Notes: generated by a model from the sequence alone, not told the origin. Numbered from the stretch's first letter, positions 30,218 to 40,745 are shown. The stretch is 64,000 bases of DNA from Coleofasciculus sp. B1-GNL1-01 (GCA_040220235.1 JAVJTO010000119.1); one strand, 5' to 3'. Numbers and translations: made by a program.

Positions 30218-33200
30218 TGTCAGCATTTCGCTTAGAAGATGCAGATGCTTTCTTCGGCAGAGAAGTTTTTTTGGAAGGTTCAGAACGTGCCATCGGGTTG
30301 GTAAATGCTGTTCAGCAATATCCAATAGTTGGTGTAATTGGCTCTTCTGGTAGTGGCAAATCCTCAGTTATATTCGCTGGTTTGCTTCCGAAGCTACTTA
30401 TCAAACAAGAGTGGCTGTGGATAAGCTTTAGACCGGGCAACCGACCCTTTTATAATTTATCCTACCAACTTACTAGTCTACTTTATTCTAAAAAATCTGA
30501 GGTTGATATTCTCAGAGAGAATAGTAAGTTAGCTAAATCCCTAAGGGAGCAGAAAATTCAACTAAGTGACGTAGTAGAGCATATTTTACGAAAGCTAGAG
30601 AGGAATATCAAATTCCTGTTAATTGTCGATCAGTTGGAAGAACTTTATACACTTTGCCAAAGTACTCGTGACAGAGAGTGCTTTTTACAGCAGCTTTTGA
30701 GTTCAGTGGAATTAGCTGCTCCAAGAAGTGAGGTGAAACTACATATTGTTTTTACATTAAGGGCTGATTTCTATGGATATGTCCTTGCTTATCGTCCTTT
30801 TAGAGATGTTTTGCAACAATACCCTCCACAGTTACTAAGTGGGATGACTCGTGAAGAGATGAGACAAGCCATTGAGTGTCCTGCTATTCAGTTAGGTATC
30901 AAGTTGGAAGAGAAGTTGGCAGATCGTATTTTAGATGATGTTGGAGAAGAGCCAGGAAATCTTCCTCTAATGGAATTTGCTTTAACCTTGCTTTGGAGTA
31001 AGCAACGGCGGGGTTTGCTAACTCATGTGGCTTATAGCCAAATAGGAGAAGTTAAGCAAGCACTTGCTAATCATGCAGAACAAATTTACACAAGCCTTTC
31101 AGTATTTGAACAAAAATCTGCTCAGAAACTATTTTTACAGTTAGTACATATATCTGAGAATGCTCTTGATACAAGAAAGATAATAACCCGATCTGAAGCT
31201 TCTAATTGGGATTTAGTAACTTATTTGTCTAGCCAAGAAGCTCGTTTAGTGGTGACTGGGTGTAACCAGGAAACAGGTGAGGAGACAGTTGAAGTAGTTC
31301 ATGAAGCATTAATCAGAGGATGGGAGCGATTACGTCAATGGATACTTGCTGATCGGAAGTTTAGAATTTGGCAAGATAATCTCCGATCTATAATTAGCCA
31401 ATGGTTAAGAAACAGTAAGGATGAGGGGTCACTTTTGCGTGGACAAGCTCTTGCTGAAGCTAGGGAGTGGTTTCATGTTAGGAGAGCAGATTTTGCACTA
31501 ATCGAAGAAGAATACATTGAAGCGAGTCTAATTCTACTGAGAAAAGAACAGAGAATTAAAAATGCTCGAAGAAGGCGAACTATTATAGGTCTTATCGTTT
31601 TTTCTATCATTGCTTTATTGCTTTCTATTGTTGCCACTATAGGATGGTCAAATGCTTCAACGGCTCAAGCAAATGCAGAAGTTATTTCTCAGATTGCCAA
31701 TGCCGAAACTATGTTTGCTTCGGATCAAGAAGTTGAAGCTTTATTAAATGGTATAAAAGCTGGTATTTCTCTGAAGAGATTAAGAAATTCCGGTAAAGCA
31801 AGCAAGCAGGCTCGAGTACGTACCTTAACTTCTTTAAGAGAAATTGTGTATGGTGTTAAAGAAAGCAACCGCCTTCAAGGTCACAGTTCAGAAGTGACTA
31901 TGGTTGATATTAGCCCAGATGGTAGCCAGGTTATTTCCTCTAGCTTAAATGATGTAAAGCTTTGGAAGCTAGATGGCACTTTACTCAGCAGCTTTCAGGG
32001 GGGAGTAGTATTAGGAAATGGTGGCGCCAAATGTGTTGAATTTAGTCCTGATGGTAAAACTATTGCATCAGGAGGCAATGGCATCGTTAATTTATATGAA
32101 ATCCAGACTAAGAAATTAATTCGATTGAAACATAGTGGTCTTGGAATCCTAATTCGTGATGTAAGTTTTAGTCTTGATGGGAAAATAGTTGCTTCTGCAG
32201 GTGCTGATGGTACTACTAAGGTTTGGAGTCGTGATGGTAAGTTAATAAGTACTTTAAGTCAGGGTAATAAAAGTATTGAGGTTGATAGTGTAAGTTTCAG
32301 TCCTGATGGTCAAACAATCGCAACTGGTAGTGGTGATAGTACTCCAAATAAAATAGATTCTGTGGTGAAATTATGGAAACGCGACGGAACATTTATTAAG
32401 AGTCTATCGTTATCTACTATGGAGTCAGAATACACCGAATGGGTTCCTGTAACATTTAGTCCTAATGGTCAATTGATTGCTACTGCTGCTGGAAGTTCTG
32501 TGCAATTGTGGAGTTCAGATGGCTCTTTACTACACAGTATGTCTGGACATTCTAATGGAATTAGAACAGTGGCATTTAGCCCTGATAGTCAAATTATTGC
32601 ATCAGGTGGTTATGACAATACCATCAAACTTTGGAGAAGTGATGGGACATTGCTTGACACTCTCAAAGGACATAATAGTTTTATAACTAGTTTGCGTTTT
32701 AGTCCTGATGGTGAAGAACTTGCATCGTCAAGTCAGGATTCAACTATACGGATTTGGAAAATAAAAGGGCAACCTTTAGAAACATTAAGTATTCACCCTC
32801 GCTCTTCTAAGCCTTTTTTGACAACACAATTTTTTGGCTTATCTCCTGATGGAAAATTGATTGTAACAACAACTGATAATGTTGTTGCAGTTTGGAAAAT
32901 GGATGGTTCCTTGGTAACCAGGATAGCACCAAATATTGAAGTAACTAGTTTGAGCTTCAGTCCAGATGGTAAAATAATTTCTATTGCTGGAATTAGCGGT
33001 AATAGACAGCATAAAGTTCAGTTATTAACCAATAATGGAAAGCTCATTTCTGATTTTAACTGGAAACTTAAAGAGACTAAAAACAATAAACTAGAAAACA
33101 AGAATACGGATAATTATTTTCAGGATGATGAGACTATTCCTAAGCTAAGTGGTAATTTTGAGTCAGAAGCAGATTATGATAATGGTCCTATTACTATATT

Positions 33201-34188
33201 TTCTCCTAATAAAAAGAGGATATTTTCATTTGGTGGTGATGATATAGTACGTATATGGAGCTATGATGGAAAGCTACTATCGCAATGGGAAGATCACAGA
33301 GCAGGAATAGGAGCTTACATTGGGTACGACAATAATACATCGCTCCCTATTATTGCTCGGCTTATTGAAAATTCACCTGCATCCTTTGCTGGCTTGAAAA
33401 CTGGTGATCAAATAATTGAGATTGACGGTATATCAACGAAAGGACTAAAACCAGAAGAGATATCTTACAAAACTCCTCTACACAAGGTCTTAAACCGAGT
33501 GGGGGAAACAGTCAGCCTGAAAGTCTTACGTAATAAAGAGAATCTTACTGTCAAAGTTACATCTGTCAGAGCTAATATAAGTCCTAGTGATGTATGGACT
33601 AGTGGTGTGATTAGCCCTCGCAAGAACTTGATTATCCTAGGTAGTAGAAGCGGTATTATTAAGATATTTAAACTTGACGGCACTTTATTAAAAACATTTA
33701 ATGGACACACGGAATCAGTATCTGATATTAGCATTAATGAAGAAGAAACTATAATAGCTTCTACTAGTACACGTACTTTTAATGTACCCTTTCATAAGGG
33801 ATCTCTCAAACTTTGGGAGATTGATAACGATTCTGTAATTGGTCAAACTATTTCTGAAACCCAAGGTGGTTTTGCTAGTGTTAGCTTTAACCATGACGGC
33901 GATTTGATAGCGGCAGCGCCAAATCGAGAAGATAGTTTTATTGAAATGTATCAAATTGATGGAAGCTTAGTTGGTAAGATTGGGGAACAGAAGACTTATA
34001 CAAAGCTTCAATTTAGCCCTGATGGTAAAACTCTTGTTTCTGCTGGGCGGCATCCATTTGTAATATTATGGAATTTTGACTTGGATGAGCTTTTGAGCAA
34101 GGGATGTAGTTGGCTTGAAGACTATCTCAATACGAATCAAACTCTTAGTCAAGCTGACCGAAATACGTGTCAAAAGATTATGAAGTGA
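30181..34188 (+). CDS. nSTAND1-type NTPase - TM - WD40 beta-propeller with inserted PDZ domain (-1 frame)
   Basis: CPYRGLSAF, FFGRE, GSSGSGKSS, LLIVDQLEELYT, LRADF, GNLPLMEFAL, VVHEALI; many GH..V..V.FSPDG repeats; PDZ GIGAYI..ENSPA..AGLKTGDQIIEIDG. Confidence 0.9.
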   Translation, partial: VVDLITDCPYRGLSAFRLEDADAFFGREVFLEGSERAIGLVNAVQQYPIVGVIGSSGSGKSSVIFAGLLPKLLIKQEWLWISFRPGNRPFYNLSYQLTSLLYSKKSEVDILRENSKLAKSLREQKIQLSDVVEHILRKLERNIKFLLIVDQLEELYTLCQSTRDRECFLQQLLSSVELAAPRSEVKLHIVFTLRADFYGYVLAYRPFRDVLQQYPPQLLSGMTREEMRQAIECPAIQLGIKLEEKLADRILDDVGEEPGNLPLMEFALTLLWSKQRRGLLTHVAYSQIGEVKQALANHAEQIYTSLSVFEQKSAQKLFLQLVHISENALDTRKIITRSEASNWDLVTYLSSQEARLVVTGCNQETGEETVEVVHEALIRGWERLRQWILADRKFRIWQDNLRSIISQWLRNSKDEGSLLRGQALAEAREWFHVRRADFALIEEEYIEASLILLRKEQRIKNARRRRTIIGLIVFSIIALLLSIVATIGWSNASTAQANAEVISQIANAETMFASDQEVEALLNGIKAGISLKRLRNSGKASKQARVRTLTSLREIVYGVKESNRLQGHSSEVTMVDISPDGSQVISSSLNDVKLWKLDGTLLSSFQGGVVLGNGGAKCVEFSPDGKTIASGGNGIVNLYEIQTKKLIRLKHSGLGILIRDVSFSLDGKIVASAGADGTTKVWSRDGKLISTLSQGNKSIEVDSVSFSPDGQTIATGSGDSTPNKIDSVVKLWKRDGTFIKSLSLSTMESEYTEWVPVTFSPNGQLIATAAGSSVQLWSSDGSLLHSMSGHSNGIRTVAFSPDSQIIASGGYDNTIKLWRSDGTLLDTLKGHNSFITSLRFSPDGEELASSSQDSTIRIWKIKGQPLETLSIHPRSSKPFLTTQFFGLSPDGKLIVTTTDNVVAVWKMDGSLVTRIAPNIEVTSLSFSPDGKIISIAGISGNRQHKVQLLTNNGKLISDFNWKLKETKNNKLENKNTDNYFQDDETIPKLSGNFESEADYDNGPITIFSPNKKRIFSFGGDDIVRIWSYDGKLLSQWEDHRAGIGAYIGYDNNTSLPIIARLIENSPASFAGLKTGDQIIEIDGISTKGLKPEEISYKTPLHKVLNRVGETVSLKVLRNKENLTVKVTSVRANISPSDVWTSGVISPRKNLIILGSRSGIIKIFKLDGTLLKTFNGHTESVSDISINEEETIIASTSTRTFNVPFHKGSLKLWEIDNDSVIGQTISETQGGFASVSFNHDGDLIAAAPNREDSFIEMYQIDGSLVGKIGEQKTYTKLQFSPDGKTLVSAGRHPFVILWNFDLDELLSKGCSWLEDYLNTNQTLSQADRNTCQKIMK

Positions 34189-34540
34189 GATTATATCAAT
34201 CAATTCGTTGAGAACATTAGTAGCGAACAGTGGTCTAATGTTAACATCCTGTTTATGAAACTACTCATAGTCCTGAATACGTTTACTGGTGGTTATCCTT
34301 ACGTTACGAAGACAGCCGCTTGAATGAAATTGGTACGGCACAACCAGCACTGAACGGACAGCACGTTACCGCGCTTTTCACGTTTATGGAATACAAAATT
34401 GTATCGGCTTGCTTTTCAGCGCAATGATCGTCTGTAGTCTACTAACTTGAAAACTGCTGTAAACAGATCCCGATTTCTTTGCCACCCCTTCTTGAACAAC
34501 GCCGCATCGTCGTGTAACTCCTGACTACTTGTAACACAAC

Positions 34541-34711
34541 CTAGTCTTCTTCACTCACCCGATTCAACTTCTTTTCAAGCACATCTAGCCGTTCGTCATG
34601 GTTGCGTAGCATAGTACGAATCTCCTCTAAATCGGCATTAAGACCAAGCACTGTATTTTTACCCAGATATTGCGCTAACGCCTCAAGCATGATCTGGGTT
34701 TTGGTTATTTG
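34541..34711 (-). pseudogene. 5'-truncated CopG/RHH-like + coiled-coil fragment
   Basis: ITKTQIMLEALAQYLG...LEEIRTMLRNHDERLDVLEKKL*; in-frame TAA upstream. Confidence 0.4.
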
Positions 34712-34806
34712 TTAAAGATGTCATTTAATTTGGCAATCGACAAGGGCAGAAGGCACAAGGCAGATAAACTTGGGATAGAGGATACTATCGCTGCTCACTC
34801 CGCAAA

Positions 34807-37800
34807 ATGTTTAAACGCATCTGGAACCGCCTTTTTCAAGTCATCATCGTGCTTCTGGGGTTGTGGCTAGCCTGGGATTTGCTGGCTCACCTGGTTGCGG
34901 AAATTTTATGGTTCATTGAGCTTGACTATTTGTCGGCGTTCTGGTTACGCTTGCGGACTCAGCTAGGTTTGTGGGCATTTGTTGGCTGCTTATCCGCCGG
35001 ATTTTTACTCAGTAATTTGTTTCTCGCCAATCGGCTGAAGTATCCCGCCGCTATCGCCAAGGAGGTTGGTAACCCCACTAGGATACCTGCGGGGACTACT
35101 CAACTCAATCCAACCCTACCAAAGACTCCTACACAAGACTCTAAACCCTTCAACCTGGAAAAAGGAGCGTTAGCGCTGCGGTTAGGATTACTCTTGCCCA
35201 TCGTACTATGCCTCGACGTACTCGTGGGGATTATGCTACTCCATTATGGCGAAGTGGCTATCTCCCTGTGGCAACCTGATTTTAATTTACCCAGTGTCAC
35301 CCCACCCCTACCAACACCTTTTGATTGGAGTTCCATACACGATGTATTGTTACGGCTGCTGGTACAGATAATACAACTCATTGTTTTAGTTATCATTGTC
35401 ATCGCATTGGTGGTTAATTCCCAATTCTGGTTAACGGCGATGGCTGTTGTTTTTTCAGTGGTTTTTGCCTTAGTGGTATCCGGACAATGGGGCAGGATTT
35501 TGCAGTATTTCCAGCCAACCGCCTTTAATGCGAATGACCCTTTATTTGGCACAGATATTAGTTTCTATGTCTTTAAACTGCCAGTGTGGCAACTATTGAA
35601 CTTTTGGCTGGGGGGGCTGTGTCTGTTTGGTTTAGTCGCCGTAACCTTAACCTATTTAGTATCTGGAAATAGCCTGTCTCATGGGCGGTTTCCCGGATTT
35701 TCTGATCATCAACTTTATCATTTACATGGATTGGGTTCCTTGGCGATGGCGACGGTAGCGTTCCATTATTGGCTATCGCGCTATGAACTGCTGTATTCCA
35801 CTCGTGGCGTTACCTATGGTGCTAGTTATACCGATGTTAAGGCACAGTTACCGATTAATACAGGGTTAAGTATTTTCGCCCTGGGGATTGCTTTATTTTT
35901 ACTCCTGAGACCGATAATCGGGTTTAAGTCGCTGCACAGAAGTGGCAAGGGAACACTCTCCCTACTGGGATTGTATGTGATGATGGTCGCGATCGCAGGC
36001 TGGCTAATCCCGGCGACGGTGCAACGGTTTGGTGTGCAGCCGAATGAACTAGAACGCGAACGTCCCTATATTGAACGCAGTATCAAACTGAGTCGAGCGG
36101 CGTTTGATCTGGATAGTATTAATGTAGAAATCTTTGACCCCGAAGGCGAACTCACCAGTGCTGATTTAGATGAAAATGTTTTAACGATTCGCAATATCCG
36201 CCTCTGGGATGCTCGTCCCATCCTGCAAACCAATCGTCAGCTACAACGTATCCGTCTCTACTACGAATTTCCGGACGCTGATATTGACCGCTACAGGCTA
36301 CCGTTAGAAGTGACTGGTGTTCCGCCTTCCTTTGCGGGAGAAGAAGGCGATGAACTAGAAGCAGAAGACACAGAGACTTCCCTAACTGTACCCACACCCG
36401 GTTTCACGATTGAAAAGCAACAAGTGATTATTGCACCGAGGGAATTATCCTACGAATCAGTACCCGAACAAGCCCAAACCTGGGTTAACCAACACTTAGT
36501 TTATACCCACGGCTATGGCTTTACGATGAGTCCTGTAAATCGGGTGGGTAGTGGCGGATTGCCTAACTATTTTGTTAAAGATATTGGCACCGGTGCTGAT
36601 CTCGGAGTTGGCGGCGATTTATCCACATCTAGCCAACTGATTCGCGAAAGTATTCCGATTGGGGCACCGCGAATTTACTACGGACAACTCACTGAAAATT
36701 ATGTAATGACTCCCACTAAAGTGCGGGAATTCGATTATCCCAGTGGTGAGGATAATGTTTACAATACCTACGATGGCAATGGGGGGGTTCAGATTAGTTC
36801 ACTATGGCGCAGGCTGTTGTTTGCCGAGTATCTCAAAGATTGGAAGATGTTGTTTACGGACAACTTTACGCCGGAAACCAAGGTATTATTCCGCCGCAAC
36901 ATCAACCAACGGATTCGGGCGATCGCGCCGTTCTTACGGTATGATCGCGATCCGTATATTGTCAGTGTTAATCCTCAGGGTGGGGAAGTAGAAACGGATC
37001 AAACCTATCTTTACTGGATTGTTGACGCCTACACCACCAGCAAACATTATCCCTATTCTGACCCTGGTGATAATGAGTTTAACTATATCCGCAACTCAGT
37101 TAAAGTCGTCATTGATGCCTATCACGGCACGATTACATTCTATGTTGCCGACCCCGACGATCCAATTATTCAAACCTGGACAAAAATTTTTCCCAATCTA
37201 TTCCAACCCCTAGACGCCATGCCTCCGGCGCTGCGGCGTCATATTCGCTATCCGGTAGACATCTTCAGTGTTCAGTCGGAACGGTTACTCACCTATCACA
37301 TGACTGACCCCCAAGTATTTTACAACCGGGAAGACCAGTGGCGAATTCCCCAGGAGATTTACGGCACGGAGTTGCAACCTCTGGAACCATACTACCTGAT
37401 TATGAAACTGCCAACGGCTACAAATGAAGAGTTCATTCTCCTTCATCCCTTTACACCTCAGGCACGTAATAATTTAATTGCTTGGTTGGCAGGGCGTTCA
37501 GATGGTGAGAATTATGGCAAATTACTCTTATATCAGTTTCCTAAACAAGAACTGATTTACGGACCTGAACAAATTGAAGCCCTAATTAATCAAGATCCGG
37601 TCATTTCTCAGCAAATCTCACTGTGGAATCGTCAAGGTTCACGGGCGATTCAGGGGAATCTGTTGGTGATTCCGATTGAGCAATCCTTACTTTATGTCGA
37701 ACCGCTTTACCTGGAAGCCGAACGCAATAGCTTGCCTATTTTAGCGCGGGTGATTGTTGTTTATGAAAATCGCATTGTCATGGCGGAAAGTTTAGAAAAG

Positions 37801-37896
37801 GCGCTGGAGGGAATCTTTCAGGAACCTGAACAAGAACCCGCCCCCACGATTATTCGTCCCCTAGAGGAACCCCCTGTGCCGTTAGAGGGGGGATAA
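34807..37896 (+). CDS. UPF0182 family membrane protein
   Basis: DPLFGTDISFYVF, GASYTDV, NIRLWD, HLVYTHGYG, NYIRNSVK, GNLLVIP, LYVEPLYL. Confidence 0.95.
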   Translation: MFKRIWNRLFQVIIVLLGLWLAWDLLAHLVAEILWFIELDYLSAFWLRLRTQLGLWAFVGCLSAGFLLSNLFLANRLKYPAAIAKEVGNPTRIPAGTTQLNPTLPKTPTQDSKPFNLEKGALALRLGLLLPIVLCLDVLVGIMLLHYGEVAISLWQPDFNLPSVTPPLPTPFDWSSIHDVLLRLLVQIIQLIVLVIIVIALVVNSQFWLTAMAVVFSVVFALVVSGQWGRILQYFQPTAFNANDPLFGTDISFYVFKLPVWQLLNFWLGGLCLFGLVAVTLTYLVSGNSLSHGRFPGFSDHQLYHLHGLGSLAMATVAFHYWLSRYELLYSTRGVTYGASYTDVKAQLPINTGLSIFALGIALFLLLRPIIGFKSLHRSGKGTLSLLGLYVMMVAIAGWLIPATVQRFGVQPNELERERPYIERSIKLSRAAFDLDSINVEIFDPEGELTSADLDENVLTIRNIRLWDARPILQTNRQLQRIRLYYEFPDADIDRYRLPLEVTGVPPSFAGEEGDELEAEDTETSLTVPTPGFTIEKQQVIIAPRELSYESVPEQAQTWVNQHLVYTHGYGFTMSPVNRVGSGGLPNYFVKDIGTGADLGVGGDLSTSSQLIRESIPIGAPRIYYGQLTENYVMTPTKVREFDYPSGEDNVYNTYDGNGGVQISSLWRRLLFAEYLKDWKMLFTDNFTPETKVLFRRNINQRIRAIAPFLRYDRDPYIVSVNPQGGEVETDQTYLYWIVDAYTTSKHYPYSDPGDNEFNYIRNSVKVVIDAYHGTITFYVADPDDPIIQTWTKIFPNLFQPLDAMPPALRRHIRYPVDIFSVQSERLLTYHMTDPQVFYNREDQWRIPQEIYGTELQPLEPYYLIMKLPTATNEEFILLHPFTPQARNNLIAWLAGRSDGENYGKLLLYQFPKQELIYGPEQIEALINQDPVISQQISLWNRQGSRAIQGNLLVIPIEQSLLYVEPLYLEAERNSLPILARVIVVYENRIVMAESLEKALEGIFQEPEQEPAPTIIRPLEEPPVPLEGG

Positions 37897-37916
37897 CCAA
37901 GGCAGAAGGCAGATAG

Positions 37917-38049
37917 GGGCTGCTGAATAAGTCTTGTGGTGGGGTAGAGAGCAGGGGTAGCAGGGGTAGCAGGGGTAGCAGGGGTAGCAGGGGTAGCAAT
38001 GGTACATTTTCCCTGATAGTGGTGCAAGGATATGAAATTCAGCAAGCCC
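37917..38049. mobile_element. MITE-like element GGCTGCTGAAT...ATTCAGCAAGCC carrying (AGCAGGGGT)x5; partial copy from 18893
   Basis: Imperfect terminal inverted repeats; the left 40 bp is nearly identical to 18893-18935. Confidence 0.6.
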
Positions 38050-38052
38050 TAC

Positions 38053-39699
38053 CTACTGAACCGCCTTGTAGGTTTTAAATCCACCCGTGAGATTGTGGGC
38101 ATCAAACCCCTGTAACCGCAACGCACGGGTGGCATAGTATGCCCGTTGACCGACTTGACAATAGACGGCAATTTTCTGGTCTTTAGGCAATTCATGAGCG
38201 CGATCGCGCAATTGTGTCAACGGAATATTCAACGCCCCCTCAACATGACCCGCTTCAAATTCGCCAATTTCCCGAACATCCAATAGCAGCGCCTCATCGT
38301 CCGCCAACTTATCCCAATGAATAATTGGTGCATCACCGCGTAACACATTCGCCGCCACCATTCCCGCTAAATTCACCGGGTCTTTCGCCGCACCAAACTG
38401 AGGCGCATAACACAATTCCGCCTCCTCCAAATCAAACACTGTTGCCCGATTTTGCAGCGCCATGGCAATCACATCCATGCGTTTTTCTACCCCTTCTTCG
38501 CCAACGGCTTGTGCGCCAAGGATACGACCCTCTTGAGGAGAAAAAAGTAACTTCATATCAATCGGTTTTGCCCCTGGATAATAACCCACATGATGACCCG
38601 GATGCAGATACACCTTCTCATACGCCATTCCTACCCGCTTCAGGGTTTTCTCACTCGCCCCCGTCGCCGCTACAATTAACCCAAAGACACCACAAACCGT
38701 GGTTCCTTGGACGCCGCGAAACATGGTATCCCGTCCACAAATCGCATCCGCCGCCACTCGTCCCTGGCGGTTCGCTGGACCAGCTAAGGGGATTAACATC
38801 CATTCCCCCGTTACCCAGTCGCGCACTTCTACAGCGTCACCTACCGCCCATATATGTTCATCATTGGTTCGCATCTGTTCGTTGACTCGAATCCCACCGC
38901 GATCGCCAATATCTAATCCAGCATCCTTCGCCAGTTTAGTTTCTGGACGCACGCCAATGCCTAAAATAACTAAATCGGCTGGATGCTTTTCTCCGGATTT
39001 TGTCGATACAATTAATGTACCTTCACGGGTTTGCTCAAACCCAGTTACCCCATCACCTAAGCGTAACTGTACCCCATTTGCCGTTAAGCGATCGTGAACG
39101 GGTGTTACCATTTCGGGATCAAGGGGAGGCATGACTTGCGGTAGCATTTCCAGTAACGTTACAGCAATTCCCCGCTTGACTAAGTTCTCCGCCATCTCCA
39201 AGCCAATAAATCCACCCCCGACAATGACCGCTTGCTTCACCTGACGTTCAACAATCCAGTTCCGAATGCGACGGCTATCAGGAATGGTGCGTAGGGCAAA
39301 AATCCCCGGTAGGTCAATTCCCGGTAAGGGTGGACGCACAGGAGAAGCGCCTGGTGCCAGGACGAGGGCGTCATAGCGTTCTCGGTATACTTGTCCAGAG
39401 TTCAAGTCTTTGACGGAGATTTCTCTGGCGTCTCGGTCAATTTCCAGAACTTCATTCTCCAGCCGCACCTCAATATTAAAGCGCTGTTTGAACAGTTGTG
39501 TATTGGCAACCAGGAGTTTTTTCTCGTCGGTAATTACATCTCCCACGTAGTAAGGCAAGCCGCAATTGGCAAAGGAGACAAAAGACCCGCGATCAAAGAT
39601 GATAATCTCAGCCGACTCCGACTGACGGCGAGTTCGCGCCGCACAGGATGCGCCTCCGGCAACACCACCGATGATCAGAATTCGTTGTTTTGTGTTCAT
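38053..39699 (-). CDS. CoA-disulfide reductase family flavoprotein with C-terminal rhodanese domain
   Basis: GGVAGG, SFANCGLPY, GGGFIGLE, AVGDA, LCYAPQF, YCQVGQR. Confidence 0.93.
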   Translation of the reverse strand: MNTKQRILIIGGVAGGASCAARTRRQSESAEIIIFDRGSFVSFANCGLPYYVGDVITDEKKLLVANTQLFKQRFNIEVRLENEVLEIDRDAREISVKDLNSGQVYRERYDALVLAPGASPVRPPLPGIDLPGIFALRTIPDSRRIRNWIVERQVKQAVIVGGGFIGLEMAENLVKRGIAVTLLEMLPQVMPPLDPEMVTPVHDRLTANGVQLRLGDGVTGFEQTREGTLIVSTKSGEKHPADLVILGIGVRPETKLAKDAGLDIGDRGGIRVNEQMRTNDEHIWAVGDAVEVRDWVTGEWMLIPLAGPANRQGRVAADAICGRDTMFRGVQGTTVCGVFGLIVAATGASEKTLKRVGMAYEKVYLHPGHHVGYYPGAKPIDMKLLFSPQEGRILGAQAVGEEGVEKRMDVIAMALQNRATVFDLEEAELCYAPQFGAAKDPVNLAGMVAANVLRGDAPIIHWDKLADDEALLLDVREIGEFEAGHVEGALNIPLTQLRDRAHELPKDQKIAVYCQVGQRAYYATRALRLQGFDAHNLTGGFKTYKAVQ

Positions 39700-39947
39700 A
39701 GCTGACCCTTTATGTTTTGAACGTTTTACCTTAAAAGGCTTTGATAAGGGAGTAGCAAATTATATTGCTCGTTATTTAAATAGTGATTTACTCAATTATA
39801 CAGTGCCTTTCCTGGAATAGAACTACGACTACATCCAAATTTAATTTTTAATAACTATTTATCGATATAGTGGTCTTATTTCCGGTGGATTTCCTCGGTT
39901 CGGTTTATTCTCGATCAGAGGAACAAATCAAAGGAGCAGACTCACCC

Positions 39948-40745
39948 GTGGTCAAAATCGTCACCATAAATATTTTGTTTGAAATGGACCGATGGGAACA
40001 GCGACGGGAACTTTTGGCAGCCGGACTTAAGGAACAACAGGCGGATCTGATTGGGCTACAGGAGGTAAAGTTACCGGAAGATACCAGTGCTTGGTTAGCT
40101 AAGCAGCTAGGGATGCCCCACGTCTATTTGATACCGTACCAAAAACCCCATCAAGCCCAACCCAAATATGGGGCTGCCATTTTGAGCCGTTATCCATTCC
40201 TACAGCAGGCGGAACTGGATCTGCAAGGTCAGGGGCGCAAAGCGCAGTATGTGCAAGTCGAAGTGGAGGGTCAACCCTTAATCTTGTGCAATGGGCATTA
40301 TTTTTGGTCGCCCGGTTCCTCTCCCGAACGAGAAAAACAGATTCGGTTACTCCTGGATTGGTTGGGTAAATTTCTGCCAGAAATGCCTGTGGTGGCGGTG
40401 GGTGATTTTAACGCGAGTCCGGGTACTCCGGAAATTAGTCTGATGCAATCTCAATTTACGTCAGCGTATGGGGCGCACCACGGACATGAACCAGAGTATA
40501 CTGCTCCCACTCCCCTATGGCGCGGCTGGCGACGGATGCTACGTTATGCCCTAAGTAACTGGAAGCGCTACGGTAGGTTGAGACATGAGCGAGGAACACG
40601 GGATTATATTTTTTTCAATCAATATTTGCGTGTGCAAGACTGTCAACTTATTCTGACTGAACCTGCGCCTGATGACTCTACGCTGTACCCATCTGACCAT
40701 TTTGGTTTGGCGGCTCAATTGGAATTTTTAGGTGGGGAAAATTAA
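39948..40745 (+). CDS. endonuclease/exonuclease/phosphatase family protein
   Basis: TINI, GLQEV, AILSRYP, GDFNA, RDYIF, SDHFG; GTG after AGGAG. Confidence 0.92.
   Translation: MVKIVTINILFEMDRWEQRRELLAAGLKEQQADLIGLQEVKLPEDTSAWLAKQLGMPHVYLIPYQKPHQAQPKYGAAILSRYPFLQQAELDLQGQGRKAQYVQVEVEGQPLILCNGHYFWSPGSSPEREKQIRLLLDWLGKFLPEMPVVAVGDFNASPGTPEISLMQSQFTSAYGAHHGHEPEYTAPTPLWRGWRRMLRYALSNWKRYGRLRHERGTRDYIFFNQYLRVQDCQLILTEPAPDDSTLYPSDHFGLAAQLEFLGGEN

Noticed and set aside
30217..30219. TTG start for the STAND ORF
   Set aside because: It falls inside the conserved CPYRGL motif and within the hairpin; the frameshift explains the N-terminus better
34190..34800. attR duplicate of the tRNA-Thr 3' end
   Set aside because: No direct repeat of the tRNA end found by eye
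39700..39870. ArsR/BigR-type operator upstream of the CoA-disulfide reductase
   Set aside because: AT-rich, with only weak symmetry; cannot be supported
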